Shown: positions 49,732 through 58,732 of the stretch, piece after piece
How the letters are laid out: each line of letters begins with the position of its first letter
Position numbering within the stretch: the first letter of the stretch is position 1
Source: an uncultured Candidatus Saccharibacteria bacterium
Lineage (GTDB): Bacteria > Patescibacteriota > Dojkabacteria > GCA-002793355
Assembly: GCA_964525295.1 (NCBI GenBank)
Contig: CAZGEO010000001.1
Location: forward strand, 9,671-73,670
Length of the DNA: 64,000 nt
Direction: 5' to 3'
The notes under the pieces: model-generated
What the model was told of the DNA's origin: nothing
Database searches by the model: none
Seen by the model: the letters and a program-made list of their open reading frames with translations, nothing else
Made by a program: the position numbers and the translations under genes

Positions 49732-50685
49732 TTAATTTGATGGACAAGAAGTTGGAGTGTCCATAGAATGCACAGAGCACAGATTTTCTGAAGAATTACT
49801 TTGGAGATTATTAACAAATATTTGAATACAATCTTCGATATGTTCACAGTTATAAAATTTCACCGTATATACGAAAACAGGTAAGCTGACCAAGGCAAAC
49901 AAAAAGAATGATGATAAAGTAGTAACTAGTTTAAAGTTAAATTTCTTTGCTCCAACTAATACAGGTATTCTTTCGGGCATATTACTAAAATGTGCTAAAT
50001 TTGGTTGCATGGTCATGGAAAAGTCATTACTCAGAATCGAGTATAAGGCTTCAATAATAGGTCTTTTCTTTCCTAATATGTTTTCTGAGTGTTCATCACT
50101 TTTTAATTCAACAGATGTGAAGTAAATATCTTTCAGCTTGTTCTTAAAAGGAAACTGAGGAAGTATATTATTAATGAGTTGTACAATAAATCCTCTCAAA
50201 GGATCATGATCTTTGCAATGCGAAAATTCATGATGCAAAACCGCCTTCAACTGTTCAGAAGTTAATGAACTCTTTAGTTTTGAGGAAATATATACTTTCG
50301 GTGTAAAGAATCCTGCTGTAAAGACAGAAGTTTCCTTCGAATCTAAAGTGATAACAGCTTTATTAGACTTACTGTTTAAAGAATTCAAAAACTTTTGGGA
50401 GAAAAATAATTGTTTAAGTGAGACTAAAATTCCCTTTAATGCAATAAATAATAGACTCAATGAAAGTAATCCAAATAGGACAGATTGAATAAAAGCTTCA
50501 CTAAAAATAATTGAAGTAATTTCAGAACGATTTTTTATAACTCCGTCTATAAGAAAGAGTGTTTGCATAAAAAATCCTGGTAAAGCTCGTACAGAGAGAA
50601 GGGTTAATAGAGTAACGTAGGCAAAACTAGAAATAACATAAATTGCAAAAAGACGATTTGTTTGGCTACTATAAATTTTATTCAT
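49732..50685 (-). CDS. M56-family (BlaR1-like) membrane metalloprotease lacking a penicillin-sensor domain
   Basis: Four N-terminal TM helices and HEFSHCKDHD (HExxH). It is 317 aa, whereas BlaR1 is about 585 aa. It overlaps the upstream repressor gene by 8 bp. Confidence 0.7.
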   Translation of the reverse strand: MNKIYSSQTNRLFAIYVISSFAYVTLLTLLSVRALPGFFMQTLFLIDGVIKNRSEITSIIFSEAFIQSVLFGLLSLSLLFIALKGILVSLKQLFFSQKFLNSLNSKSNKAVITLDSKETSVFTAGFFTPKVYISSKLKSSLTSEQLKAVLHHEFSHCKDHDPLRGFIVQLINNILPQFPFKNKLKDIYFTSVELKSDEHSENILGKKRPIIEALYSILSNDFSMTMQPNLAHFSNMPERIPVLVGAKKFNFKLVTTLSSFFLFALVSLPVFVYTVKFYNCEHIEDCIQIFVNNLQSNSSENLCSVHSMDTPTSCPSN

Positions 50686-51043
50686 TTTTATTTAAAAAGT
50701 CTTTGAGAAGTTTAGCATTTTTGCTATCACTTTTCACAGAGTCAATAAACTGCGAAATTGCTAACTCTCCATATGTATCTACCAACGAATTAAAAATTCC
50801 ACCTAAATGTTTACCAGCAAATTCTTCCTTACACTCAGTATATGTATATACATACGAATTACCGTCTGGAATTCTTTTAAGAATACCTTTTTTCTCCATT
50901 CTAGTCATTACAGTCATTACGGTGGTGTATGCTGACTTTTCTTTTAACTGTTCGAGTACAGACCTAACATTCATGGGCTCTTTTGAAGCCCAAATGATTG
51001 ATAATATTTCTTGTTCGAGGTCACCAAGCACTAAAGATTTCAT
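50678..51043 (-). CDS. copY: BlaI/MecI/CopY-family winged-helix transcriptional repressor
   Basis: LGDLEQEILSIIWASKEPMNVRSVLEQL...YTTVMTVMTRMEKKGIL matches the penicillinase-repressor family. The start was moved to MKSLV because the operator lies inside the longer ORF. It has no C-terminal CxCxxxxCxC. Confidence 0.75.
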   Translation of the reverse strand: MKSLVLGDLEQEILSIIWASKEPMNVRSVLEQLKEKSAYTTVMTVMTRMEKKGILKRIPDGNSYVYTYTECKEEFAGKHLGGIFNSLVDTYGELAISQFIDSVKSDSKNAKLLKDFLNKNE

Positions 51044-51068
51044 ATTTTTAATCACTATAAAACAACTA

Positions 51069-51080
51069 CTACAAGTGTAG
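51069..51080. promoter_or_regulatory. Cop box operator (CTACAAGTGTAG palindrome) upstream of the repressor gene
   Basis: Shares the TACAAGTGTA core with the 49681 palindrome. It lies about 26 bp upstream of the repressor ATG. Confidence 0.65.
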
Positions 51081-51190
51081 CACAAAATTGGAGCTATGCC
51101 AATTATTGACACAATAAAAATATGGGAAGATATATATCAGGCGATTTATAAAGATAATTCGAATACTTCATTATCGTAAACGATATATAT

Positions 51191-51387
51191 GAGCGGGCGA
51201 CGAGATTTACCCACAGGGCATCAATTCAGTTTACGAATCACTTCCTCAATACTTCGTCGTTCTTCGGACTTCATTGTCGAACTTTCGTTCTCATCTCGTA
51301 CATAACAAAAGAGGGCTGCTATCCACCTTTCAGGTGAACACCAGCCCTCAAGCGGGGCACTGGAGGAAGTCCGAACCGCACTTAGTA
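51191..51387. repeat. Repeat copy C: 15-nt copy of the tRNA-Gly 3' end, then R1 with 33-bp core, then R2 module
   Basis: gagcgggcgacgagatt matches tRNA-Gly 3' end plus flank. Core at 51272-51304, and R2 agcggggcactggaggaagtccgaaccgcacttagta at 51351-51387. Confidence 0.7.
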
Positions 51388-51445
51388 ATGGTACACTTAT
51401 TTATACAAAAGATCGGTACTTTCCACAATTTAATTTAAAGTAAAG

Positions 51446-52054
51446 TTAATCTATCCAATTTGGGTTCGATGTTATGTAGTTTGAAAAAATGTGTGAATAC
51501 GTCTCTGAGTCGTATTCTTTTCTAAACTTGTCAATTATAGTAGTTAATTCTTGTTTAAAAAATGCGGGACTTATTAGCACCTGCCAATCCCCTTGTTCAA
51601 GCAATGTATTTAGGATTTCTTTATAAGTACCGGAAATATTACTTTCTTTATGAGTTTCTAATTTACCTGAGTCAATAGACCAAAACTGGTAGTGGTTAAT
51701 AAATCTTGCTTCATAGGAAGTAAGAAACCAATTTTTTGACTTCTGATTATCAGAAAATGAGGTTGTAAATTCTCTATACGTCCATAGAAAACCATATTTG
51801 AAGTCTTCTGCAGTTAATATACTTTCCTTAAATGAAGGTATTCCCCAAGATTCACAATTTTCTATAAAAATATCATTTCCATCCTTACCATTACACTGAT
51901 CTTCGATAAACTGAGCTCTTTTTTTTGCTGAATCATAAGGTAAAGACCTTAAATATTCAGTAATCTTGAGATATTTTGCAAGAGTATCAGTATGCTTAAC
52001 GGTTCTCGATTCCAATAAATCTTCAATTTCGGGGATTGTACTTAAATCTAACAT
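51446..52054 (-). CDS. Hypothetical protein
   Basis: 202-aa ORF between repeat copy C and tRNA-Gly. Confidence 0.4.
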   Translation of the reverse strand: MLDLSTIPEIEDLLESRTVKHTDTLAKYLKITEYLRSLPYDSAKKRAQFIEDQCNGKDGNDIFIENCESWGIPSFKESILTAEDFKYGFLWTYREFTTSFSDNQKSKNWFLTSYEARFINHYQFWSIDSGKLETHKESNISGTYKEILNTLLEQGDWQVLISPAFFKQELTTIIDKFRKEYDSETYSHIFSNYITSNPNWID

Positions 52055-52226
52055 TCATATTTCAGTTTAAATTGATATTCTATTTTACACTTTACAAAGA
52101 TATTTGGGAAATTGAATGAAAAACAATAGAGAAATAGTTGTCAAGTATTAAAAAGAGAACTATTGTTAATTGTGACTTTTTAAAAGAAATTTATTGTCTG
52201 AGATATATCGTCTACGATGTATATAA

Positions 52227-52299
52227 GCGGGCGACGAGATTCGAACTCGCGATCTTCTGTTTGGAAAACAGACATTCTAGCCGCTGAACTACGCCCGCA
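52227..52299 (-). tRNA. tRNA-Gly (anticodon UCC)
   Basis: Minus-strand cloverleaf: acceptor GCGGGCG/CGCCCGC, anticodon stem TCTGT/ACAGA with loop TTTCCAA, T-arm GCGAGTTCGAATCTCGT, discriminator U. Confidence 0.88.
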
Positions 52300-52352
52300 C
52301 GGTACTAATTATTAATTGATAATTTTTAATTAATAATTAATCTTACTGCATT

Positions 52353-53147
52353 TTACTGAGAAACTCGACTTTTTTCAAGATAGCTACTCATTTGATTCAT
52401 ATGTTGCACAACTGCACGTGCCCAATTATGACCACTTGCTGCGCAAGGAGGGCAATATGCTGGCTCTATATCATACGGTGTAAGCTTTGTTCCGTAACCT
52501 AACGACAATCGAGCAGTCAACACTTTTATACCAACTTCATAGGTTTCAAAAATCTGCCATGTTCCCCCAGGACCACCTTTCCACCCCCAACAGTTATTTG
52601 TGTTTGCTGGTGTAATACGACAAAAACGTGATTCGATACCTGAAATTGCGACTACTAAACGCCAGTCAAGCCCAAAACCATCGGCCTCTTTAACAATCAT
52701 TTCAGCATATGGCATCAACGGGGAATTTACATCACGCAAGTATTTTTTTAATGCTGCAGCACGACCGTCCATAACGGCTACATCTGAGCCAATATCATAT
52801 TCCTGAATTGAAGCTGCATAACTATAATCTGTTGAAGATTTCAACAGAAATTGCTCCTTGTCGATTTTTGATAATTCATATGTCTTACCAGATACAGCGA
52901 CTGGATGTAAGCTTTCAACGATTTTTTCATTAACAAATGTCGAGATTGGTGCAAAAAAGACGGCAACTAATGCTACCCAGATTAAGATAATCAACATAAA
53001 AGAAACTTGTGCAAAGCTCAAGTTTTTAAGTGTATTCCCCAACGAAAACCGCTGAGTGCCGTAATAATTTACTGCAGTATTCGCTTTTTTTGGTAATAAG
53101 TTTTTTAAACGCTCAATAACATTCATAGACAAATAATAGTAGCGCAT
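52353..53147 (-). CDS. Membrane-anchored glucosaminidase-domain protein (peptidoglycan hydrolase, Bax/FlgJ-like)
   Basis: N-terminal TM and LDWRLVVAISGIESRF...NNCWGWKGG, resembling the mannosyl-glycoprotein endo-beta-N-acetylglucosaminidase domain. Confidence 0.55.
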   Translation of the reverse strand: MRYYYLSMNVIERLKNLLPKKANTAVNYYGTQRFSLGNTLKNLSFAQVSFMLIILIWVALVAVFFAPISTFVNEKIVESLHPVAVSGKTYELSKIDKEQFLLKSSTDYSYAASIQEYDIGSDVAVMDGRAAALKKYLRDVNSPLMPYAEMIVKEADGFGLDWRLVVAISGIESRFCRITPANTNNCWGWKGGPGGTWQIFETYEVGIKVLTARLSLGYGTKLTPYDIEPAYCPPCAASGHNWARAVVQHMNQMSSYLEKSRVSQ

Positions 53148-53182
53148 TTTTCAACTAAATACCACCCATTACTGAATTCAGA

Positions 53183-54355
53183 TTAATCGTTCGAATGATC
53201 TACCTCGGGATACGTATTCATTTCTTCAAAAGTCATCTCTCCCGAAGTGAGAGTGAATGCAATTTGATTAATTGACTGAGCTAAGGCGTCAAATGACTGT
53301 ACCTGTTCATCAGTAAAATTACCTGATTTCATATTATCGAGCGATTGTTCCGTTATTAACTGCTTAAACATTCGCTTAACGTCTTGAAATAGCGAACCCT
53401 GAAAAGTAACCTCATATGCATCGAGATCACTATTTAGATGTAGATTCCCTTGTGCAAAACTGCAAGCAAGTTTGTCATCACCAATTTCTAGGCTTTTCAA
53501 AACAAACACAGCCTTGACTCCCGATGCATCTGGAAAATTAACGTGACGTTTTCCAACTGCAATTGGCAATTCTCGCCACACCATACTCGCAGATTGATAA
53601 TTCACTATTGCTTTTTCTTTATTAGTGCAAAACAACGTAGCCTGATCTGCTTCGCGACGTGCATTTGAGATAGTCCCACCCAGTAAAACGCTAATATTAA
53701 GTAATGTTCCTGATCGTGAGTATTCAGCAGCCGTTTTTAACTGTTTATCGTAAAGTAATGATTTGCCAGTTGCTGCATCAAAAGTGAAAATTCTTGAAAC
53801 AGATAATCCAAACTCAGTTTGCTGAAATGTCTCAATTTTTACGTTATAACCAAACTTTTCTCGATGATAATCAATTGTCATTCGATATGGTGCAGTTGCA
53901 ATTTCTCCTGATTCCAAAATTTCATAAGAATTTGATTGTGGAATTCTTAACAGTTGCAGCCTCGAGTCATCAGAGCTGACATTAGCAAATGGTAATTTAT
54001 GTTCAATTGCATTCAGACAGGCGTTTGCAGTTCGTACTCTTTCAATATTAAGTGAAGCTGTGCCTCGTTCAATCCAATCTAGAAATTTTTTTGAAAAAGA
54101 AACTCCAAATTTTTCACCATGTTGCTTAAATGGGACTGCATCTGCTGGCAAATTTGGACTTGTTCCCGCCATGAGTAATTTTACTCTTTTATATCCTATA
54201 AGTAAATATACTTCAATGAAGTGGTCGTTATACAACATTTCATATAACCGTTGAGTTTCATTGCTGCATAGTCTATAATATCGGAGCTCGAGAGTATTGT
54301 GCACGAGCGCCAGGTAGTTTACTAACTGGAATATTTTTTGCGCAATACAAAACAT
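53183..54355 (-). CDS. Hypothetical protein
   Basis: 390-aa ORF. The true start is probably internal (for example MAGTSP near 54172), because the annotated start lies 19 bp from the divergent rpmG start. Confidence 0.4.
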   Translation of the reverse strand: MFCIAQKIFQLVNYLALVHNTLELRYYRLCSNETQRLYEMLYNDHFIEVYLLIGYKRVKLLMAGTSPNLPADAVPFKQHGEKFGVSFSKKFLDWIERGTASLNIERVRTANACLNAIEHKLPFANVSSDDSRLQLLRIPQSNSYEILESGEIATAPYRMTIDYHREKFGYNVKIETFQQTEFGLSVSRIFTFDAATGKSLLYDKQLKTAAEYSRSGTLLNISVLLGGTISNARREADQATLFCTNKEKAIVNYQSASMVWRELPIAVGKRHVNFPDASGVKAVFVLKSLEIGDDKLACSFAQGNLHLNSDLDAYEVTFQGSLFQDVKRMFKQLITEQSLDNMKSGNFTDEQVQSFDALAQSINQIAFTLTSGEMTFEEMNTYPEVDHSND

Positions 54356-54373
54356 AACATAGGTCGTAAAACG

Positions 54374-54547
54374 ATGGCAAAGTCAAAGGGAAAGACACAA
54401 TACGTCAGATTGAAATGTAGCGTGTGTGCCAACATCAACTACACCACAGTTCGTGGAACAGCAGCAGGAGCAGAGAAGCTTGCATTAAGCAAATTCTGCA
54501 AAAACTGTAAGAAGCACACCGATCATACTGAAACTAAGATTAAATAG
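54374..54547 (+). CDS. rpmG: 50S ribosomal protein L33 (zinc-ribbon form)
   Basis: MAKSKGK...CSVC...CKNC pattern, and its position before tRNA-Trp/secE/nusG. Confidence 0.8.
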   Translation: MAKSKGKTQYVRLKCSVCANINYTTVRGTAAGAEKLALSKFCKNCKKHTDHTETKIK

Positions 54548-54554
54548 GAGGTCT

Positions 54555-54624
54555 GGGGGTATAGTTTAGCGGTAAAATGACGGTCTCCAAAACCGTTGTC
54601 CTCCGTTCGAGTCGGAGTACCCCT
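54555..54624 (+). tRNA. tRNA-Trp (anticodon CCA)
   Basis: Acceptor GGGGGTA/TACCCCT, anticodon stem ACGGT/ACCGT with loop CTCCAAA, T-arm CTCCGTTCGAGTCGGAG. The rpmG/tRNA-Trp/secE arrangement is conserved. Confidence 0.85.
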
Positions 54625-54632
54625 GTTCTCAT

Positions 54633-54842
54633 ATGAGAAAGATTAGTATTAAAACAAAATTTACGCTACCAAAGGTGTTTCAAGACATTGCAAGCACTTT
54701 TGTAAGCATCCAATGGCCAACAGTAAAAGAAATAGCGATCAGTTTGTTTGCTGTTTTTGTATTTTCTGTTATAATTGGCGCGTATCTCTGGCTACTCGAT
54801 ACAAGTTTCGGGCAGCTCAGGAATGTAATATTATTTAACTAA
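54633..54842 (+). CDS. secE: Preprotein translocase subunit SecE
   Basis: 69 aa with a single C-terminal TM, upstream of nusG. Confidence 0.85.
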   Translation: MRKISIKTKFTLPKVFQDIASTFVSIQWPTVKEIAISLFAVFVFSVIIGAYLWLLDTSFGQLRNVILFN

Positions 54843-54850
54843 AGCGGCAA

Positions 54851-55384
54851 ATGGATCATAAGTGGTATGTCCTCAATGTTCACTCTGGTAAAGAGGATTT
54901 CGTCGCGGAAAAAATCAGAACAATGATTGCCGCCCAGAACGCAAAGGATTTAATTTCCGATATCTACATTCCCAAACAGTCAAAAATCGTTGTCAAAGAC
55001 GGTAAAAAAACCGTTAAAAAAGAACGATTACTCAAGGGATATCTTTTGGTTAAGATGAAATACAACAACGCAACTGCGCCAATGTTAACAAACATTGATG
55101 AAGTTCGTGGATTCGTACGAATCGGAACCGAAGTTTATCCATTGACTGATGAAGAAGTTGCTCGCATGATGGAGCAGAAGCCAGAAGAAACCAAGAAAAC
55201 CAAGACCTATTCAGCAACTGTACGCATCAATGATGCGGTAAAGATCGTTGAAGGTCCATTCAAGGAATTCATCGGAAAGGTTTCTGAAGTTGATGATACT
55301 AAAGGAAAAGTCAAAGTTCTCATTACCATGTTCGGTCGTGAGACTCCGTTTGACCTCGATTTAACTCAAATCGAAAAGCTTTAA
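54851..55384 (+). CDS. nusG: Transcription termination/antitermination factor NusG
   Basis: NGN domain WYVLNVHSGKE plus a C-terminal KOW domain. Confidence 0.9.
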   Translation: MDHKWYVLNVHSGKEDFVAEKIRTMIAAQNAKDLISDIYIPKQSKIVVKDGKKTVKKERLLKGYLLVKMKYNNATAPMLTNIDEVRGFVRIGTEVYPLTDEEVARMMEQKPEETKKTKTYSATVRINDAVKIVEGPFKEFIGKVSEVDDTKGKVKVLITMFGRETPFDLDLTQIEKL

Positions 55385-55406
55385 GTTTTAAGAGGGAGGA
55401 GTAATT

Positions 55407-55832
55407 ATGGCTAAAAAAGTCAAGAAAATACTCAAACTGATTATCCCCGCAGGGAAAGCAGTTCCGGCACCACCACTTGGTCCAATTTTGTCTTCTGCAC
55501 AGGTTCAAATTAAAGAATTCTGTGACAAGTTCAACGAGGCGACACGTTCACTCGGTGAAACTAAAGTTCCAGTTATCGTAACTGTTTATGATGACCGAAC
55601 TTTCTCACTAGAGTATCGTACAGCCCCAATGTCAGAACTCATCAAGAAGAAACTCGGCGTTAAGGTAGGTTCAGCTCGACCAAACTTGCAGACCGTTGGT
55701 ACATTAACCAAAGCTCAAGTTCGTGAAATTGCTGAAGAGAAATTGAAAGATCTCAACACTACCGATGTCGAAAGTGCAATGAATACCGTTATGGGTACTG
55801 CACGTCAGATGGGAGTTAAGATTGTAGACTAA
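55407..55832 (+). CDS. rplK: 50S ribosomal protein L11
   Basis: IPAGKAVPAPPLGPIL... is the conserved L11 sequence. Confidence 0.95.
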   Translation: MAKKVKKILKLIIPAGKAVPAPPLGPILSSAQVQIKEFCDKFNEATRSLGETKVPVIVTVYDDRTFSLEYRTAPMSELIKKKLGVKVGSARPNLQTVGTLTKAQVREIAEEKLKDLNTTDVESAMNTVMGTARQMGVKIVD

Positions 55833-55837
55833 GAAAC

Positions 55838-56527
55838 ATGCCAACACGAGGAAAAAAATACGAAAAGGTTGCAGAGAAGAAACTCGATAAGGTTGTTTCT
55901 CTAGCAGTCGCTGTTGAATCAGTAAAGAAAATGTCTTACAGCAAGTTTGATGGAACTGTAGAATTACACGTCACCACAATTTTGTCGAAAGATAAAGATC
56001 CAAAATCAATAAAAGGTAGCGTTTCGTTACCATTCATGGAAAGTAAAGCATCACGAATTGCTGTGGCAGTTCCAGCCCACCTAGAAAAAGCAGCAGCAGA
56101 TGCTGGTGCAGATCTATATGGTGCTGCATTGATGGAAGAGATTAAAGCAGGAAAAATCAACTTTGATATTTTGCTCGCAACTCCAGATATGATGCCTGCA
56201 CTTGCAGTTAGTGGTAAGGTTCTTGGTCCAAAAGGATTAATGCCTAACCCTAAGAATGGTACAGTCGTTACCCCAGAAAAGATTGCCGACACAATCGGTG
56301 AATTCAAGCGCGGTAAATTGGTCTTCAAGGCCGATGCTGCAGGTGGAATTCACGTAGCAGTTGGTAAAGTATCTTTTGCAAATGAAAAGATTGTTGCAAA
56401 CGTTAGAGAAATGATCAACGCAATTGCAGTTCTTCTTGGAAAGAGCAAAGAATACGTAATTAAGAAAGCTTGCTTGGCACCAACCATGGGGCCATCAGTC
56501 ACATTTGATATTAAGTTGATGGAGTAG
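55838..56527 (+). CDS. rplA: 50S ribosomal protein L1
   Basis: Conserved L1 family sequence (229 aa). Confidence 0.93.
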   Translation: MPTRGKKYEKVAEKKLDKVVSLAVAVESVKKMSYSKFDGTVELHVTTILSKDKDPKSIKGSVSLPFMESKASRIAVAVPAHLEKAAADAGADLYGAALMEEIKAGKINFDILLATPDMMPALAVSGKVLGPKGLMPNPKNGTVVTPEKIADTIGEFKRGKLVFKADAAGGIHVAVGKVSFANEKIVANVREMINAIAVLLGKSKEYVIKKACLAPTMGPSVTFDIKLME

Positions 56528-56531
56528 ACCT

Positions 56532-56792
56532 ATGGCACTTAAATGCGATATCTGTGACAAGAAAACCGTACACGGAAATACACAAATCCACAGACACTCA
56601 AGGTGGCGCTTCCGAGCACCAAAAACCAAGAGAACTTGGGTTCCAAATATCAGAGACGTCAAAGTAACCGCAAAGGAAGGCGTCAAAGAAATTTCTATGT
56701 GTATGTCTTGTTACAAGAGGTACACCAAAGATGGTGCAGCTTTCTTAAACAGAAAGCGAGTTAAAGAACTTAAGGGCGTAACATTGCAATAA
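56532..56792 (+). CDS. rpmB: 50S ribosomal protein L28
   Basis: MALKCDICDKKTVHGNTQIHRHSRWRFRAPKTKRTWVPNI matches the L28 family. Confidence 0.75.
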   Translation: MALKCDICDKKTVHGNTQIHRHSRWRFRAPKTKRTWVPNIRDVKVTAKEGVKEISMCMSCYKRYTKDGAAFLNRKRVKELKGVTLQ

Positions 56793-56820
56793 TATTGCAA
56801 TTACGTGTTCTGAAACATAA

Positions 56821-56850
56821 AAGGGGGCTAACGCCCCCTTTTTTTTTATA
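56821..56850 (+). terminator. Rho-independent terminator after rpmB
   Basis: GGGGGCTAACGCCCCC followed by T9. Confidence 0.8.
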
Positions 56851-56910
56851 AAGTATTACCTGCACAACATAACGCATGCTATACTCAAACAATAAATTCT
56901 CTCACTACAT

Positions 56911-57669
56911 ATGTTTCTTAACTCCCTGTTAGATTTATTCAAAAAGCCCAAACAATCAGATACAACCAACAACCCAGCTTCGAGCACTGCGTCAACAATA
57001 ATTTATCATTCAGAGCAGAATACTGATCGTGCTTTTGTCGGACTTTCCGCTGAAGAAATGCAAGAAATTGAAGAGCATATAAAAAAATATATCGGACCAT
57101 TTGAAAAAGTACTCCACGAAATTGTTTCAGATGGTATGCACCTAGATGTCATTCATGTTCCTGCTCGCAAAGAATTCCCATTTCACACGCTAGTTACTCT
57201 AGGGGCAAGTGAAAAACCAATGACCATGCCAGACGGCGTCAAAATGTCACCATATGCCGAATATTTGATATTTCTTCCTGAAAATTGGCCAATGGATGCT
57301 GAGAGCTGGAAGAATGAAGCCAATTACTGGCCTGTTAGGATGCTCAAAACAATTGCACGAATACCTTATGAATATAAAACATGGTTAAGTTACGGCCACA
57401 CTATTCCTAATGGCAATCCGCCAGAAGCATTTGATTCTTCAACAGAGTTAAAGGGTAGTTTAATTACGTTTCCCTATTTAATTCAGAATTCAGCCGTGGC
57501 TCAATTGAAAGGTAAAAATAAGGACATTTTCTTTTGGTGCATAGCGCCAATACACGAAAAAGAATGGGAATTCAAACTTAATGAAGGAATTGAGAAATTA
57601 GAAGACATTGCGAATGAAAAGGAAATTCCTATGGTACTTGTTCACCCGAATCGACCTAGCGTAGTATAA
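56911..57669 (+). CDS. Hypothetical protein
   Basis: 252-aa ORF. Confidence 0.4.
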   Translation: MFLNSLLDLFKKPKQSDTTNNPASSTASTIIYHSEQNTDRAFVGLSAEEMQEIEEHIKKYIGPFEKVLHEIVSDGMHLDVIHVPARKEFPFHTLVTLGASEKPMTMPDGVKMSPYAEYLIFLPENWPMDAESWKNEANYWPVRMLKTIARIPYEYKTWLSYGHTIPNGNPPEAFDSSTELKGSLITFPYLIQNSAVAQLKGKNKDIFFWCIAPIHEKEWEFKLNEGIEKLEDIANEKEIPMVLVHPNRPSVV

Positions 57670-57676
57670 TCAAACT

Positions 57677-58726
57677 ATGTTCGATTCACTCTTTCAACTT
57701 TTCACTTTTGATATAGGTATTGATTTGGGTACGGCAAATACTCGAGTAGGCATAAAAGGCAAGGGAGTTGTTATGAATGAACCATCTGTTGTTGCAATTA
57801 ACAAGAATACAAAAGAAGTACTAGCTGTCGGAAAAGAGGCTAAAGAGATGCTTGGGCGAACTCCTGCCTCGGTTGTTGCGTTACGTCCATTGAAAGACGG
57901 TATCATTGTTGATTTCGACACAACCCTTGCCATGTTGAAGTATTTTATTCAGAAAGTACATCAAGAAAATGCAACTTATTCCACAGTACCAAGACCTCGA
58001 GTGATAATTGGGGTACCTTCATCGATCACAGAAGTTGAGAAACAAGCAGTACTCGATGCAGCAGAAGCCGCAGGTGCGAGAGAAGCGTACGTTATTGAAG
58101 AACCTATGGCAGCTGCAATTGGTGTCGGCATTCCAGTCAATGAACCACTCGGAAATCTTGTTGTCGATATTGGCGGTGGAACAACTGATATTGCAATTAT
58201 TTCGCTCGGTGGAATAGTCGTTGATAAAACGATTCCGATAGCTGGCGATGAAATGGACGAGCAAATCGTTGATTTCATGCGTGAGCGCTACAACTTACTC
58301 ATAGGCAAACGTACTGCCGAGAAATTAAAGATGGAAGTTGGCGCAGCAATCCCGCTAAAAAAAGAAAAAAGTACTATGATCCAAGGTCGTGATCTACTGA
58401 AAGGCCTGCCTCGCTCGATGGAAGTAGTAAGTAGCGATATAAGAGAAGCAGTAATGCCCTCAATAATCGCAATGACTGAAGCGATTCAAGAAGCAATAGA
58501 AGATGCTCCGCCTGAATTGGTTTCAGATATTTACACGCAAGGAATTCTATTAACAGGAGGTGGTGGAAAACTCGAAGGGCTTGATAAATTCTGGGAGCAA
58601 GAACTCAAGGTAAAAGTAAAAAAAGCACCAGAACCATCACTCAGCGTTGTATTAGGTACACTTGAAGCCCTAAATCACGTCGATATACTCAAGAAGCTCA
58701 AAGAAGCAGAACGCACCCTGCTATAA
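57677..58726 (+). CDS. mreB: Rod shape-determining protein MreB (actin-like ATPase)
   Basis: IGIDLGTANTRV, DIGGGTTD, and the full MreB fold. Confidence 0.95.
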   Translation: MFDSLFQLFTFDIGIDLGTANTRVGIKGKGVVMNEPSVVAINKNTKEVLAVGKEAKEMLGRTPASVVALRPLKDGIIVDFDTTLAMLKYFIQKVHQENATYSTVPRPRVIIGVPSSITEVEKQAVLDAAEAAGAREAYVIEEPMAAAIGVGIPVNEPLGNLVVDIGGGTTDIAIISLGGIVVDKTIPIAGDEMDEQIVDFMRERYNLLIGKRTAEKLKMEVGAAIPLKKEKSTMIQGRDLLKGLPRSMEVVSSDIREAVMPSIIAMTEAIQEAIEDAPPELVSDIYTQGILLTGGGGKLEGLDKFWEQELKVKVKKAPEPSLSVVLGTLEALNHVDILKKLKEAERTLL

Positions 58727-58732
58727 TCAACA

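Larger units (their letters stand above)
43084..52226. mobile_element. Putative tRNA-Gly-associated genomic island with copper-homeostasis cargo; no integrase detected
   Basis: Bounded by the tRNA-Gly gene at 52227-52299 and by nested partial copies of its 3' end and flank at 42954, 43681 and 51191. Confidence 0.4.

Noticed and set aside
51043-51112. N-terminal extension of the CopY-like ORF (MSIIGIAPILCYTCSSCFIVIKN...), which would add a CxxCxxC motif
   Set aside because: The extension would place the cop-box operator and predicted promoter inside the coding sequence. The internal Met (MKSLV) gives a BlaI-sized protein with the operator upstream, so that start is preferred. The Cys motif is probably fortuitous.
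57694-58278. Multiple 70-100 aa minus-strand ORFs over mreB
   Set aside because: They lie antisense to the highly conserved mreB and are shadow ORFs.
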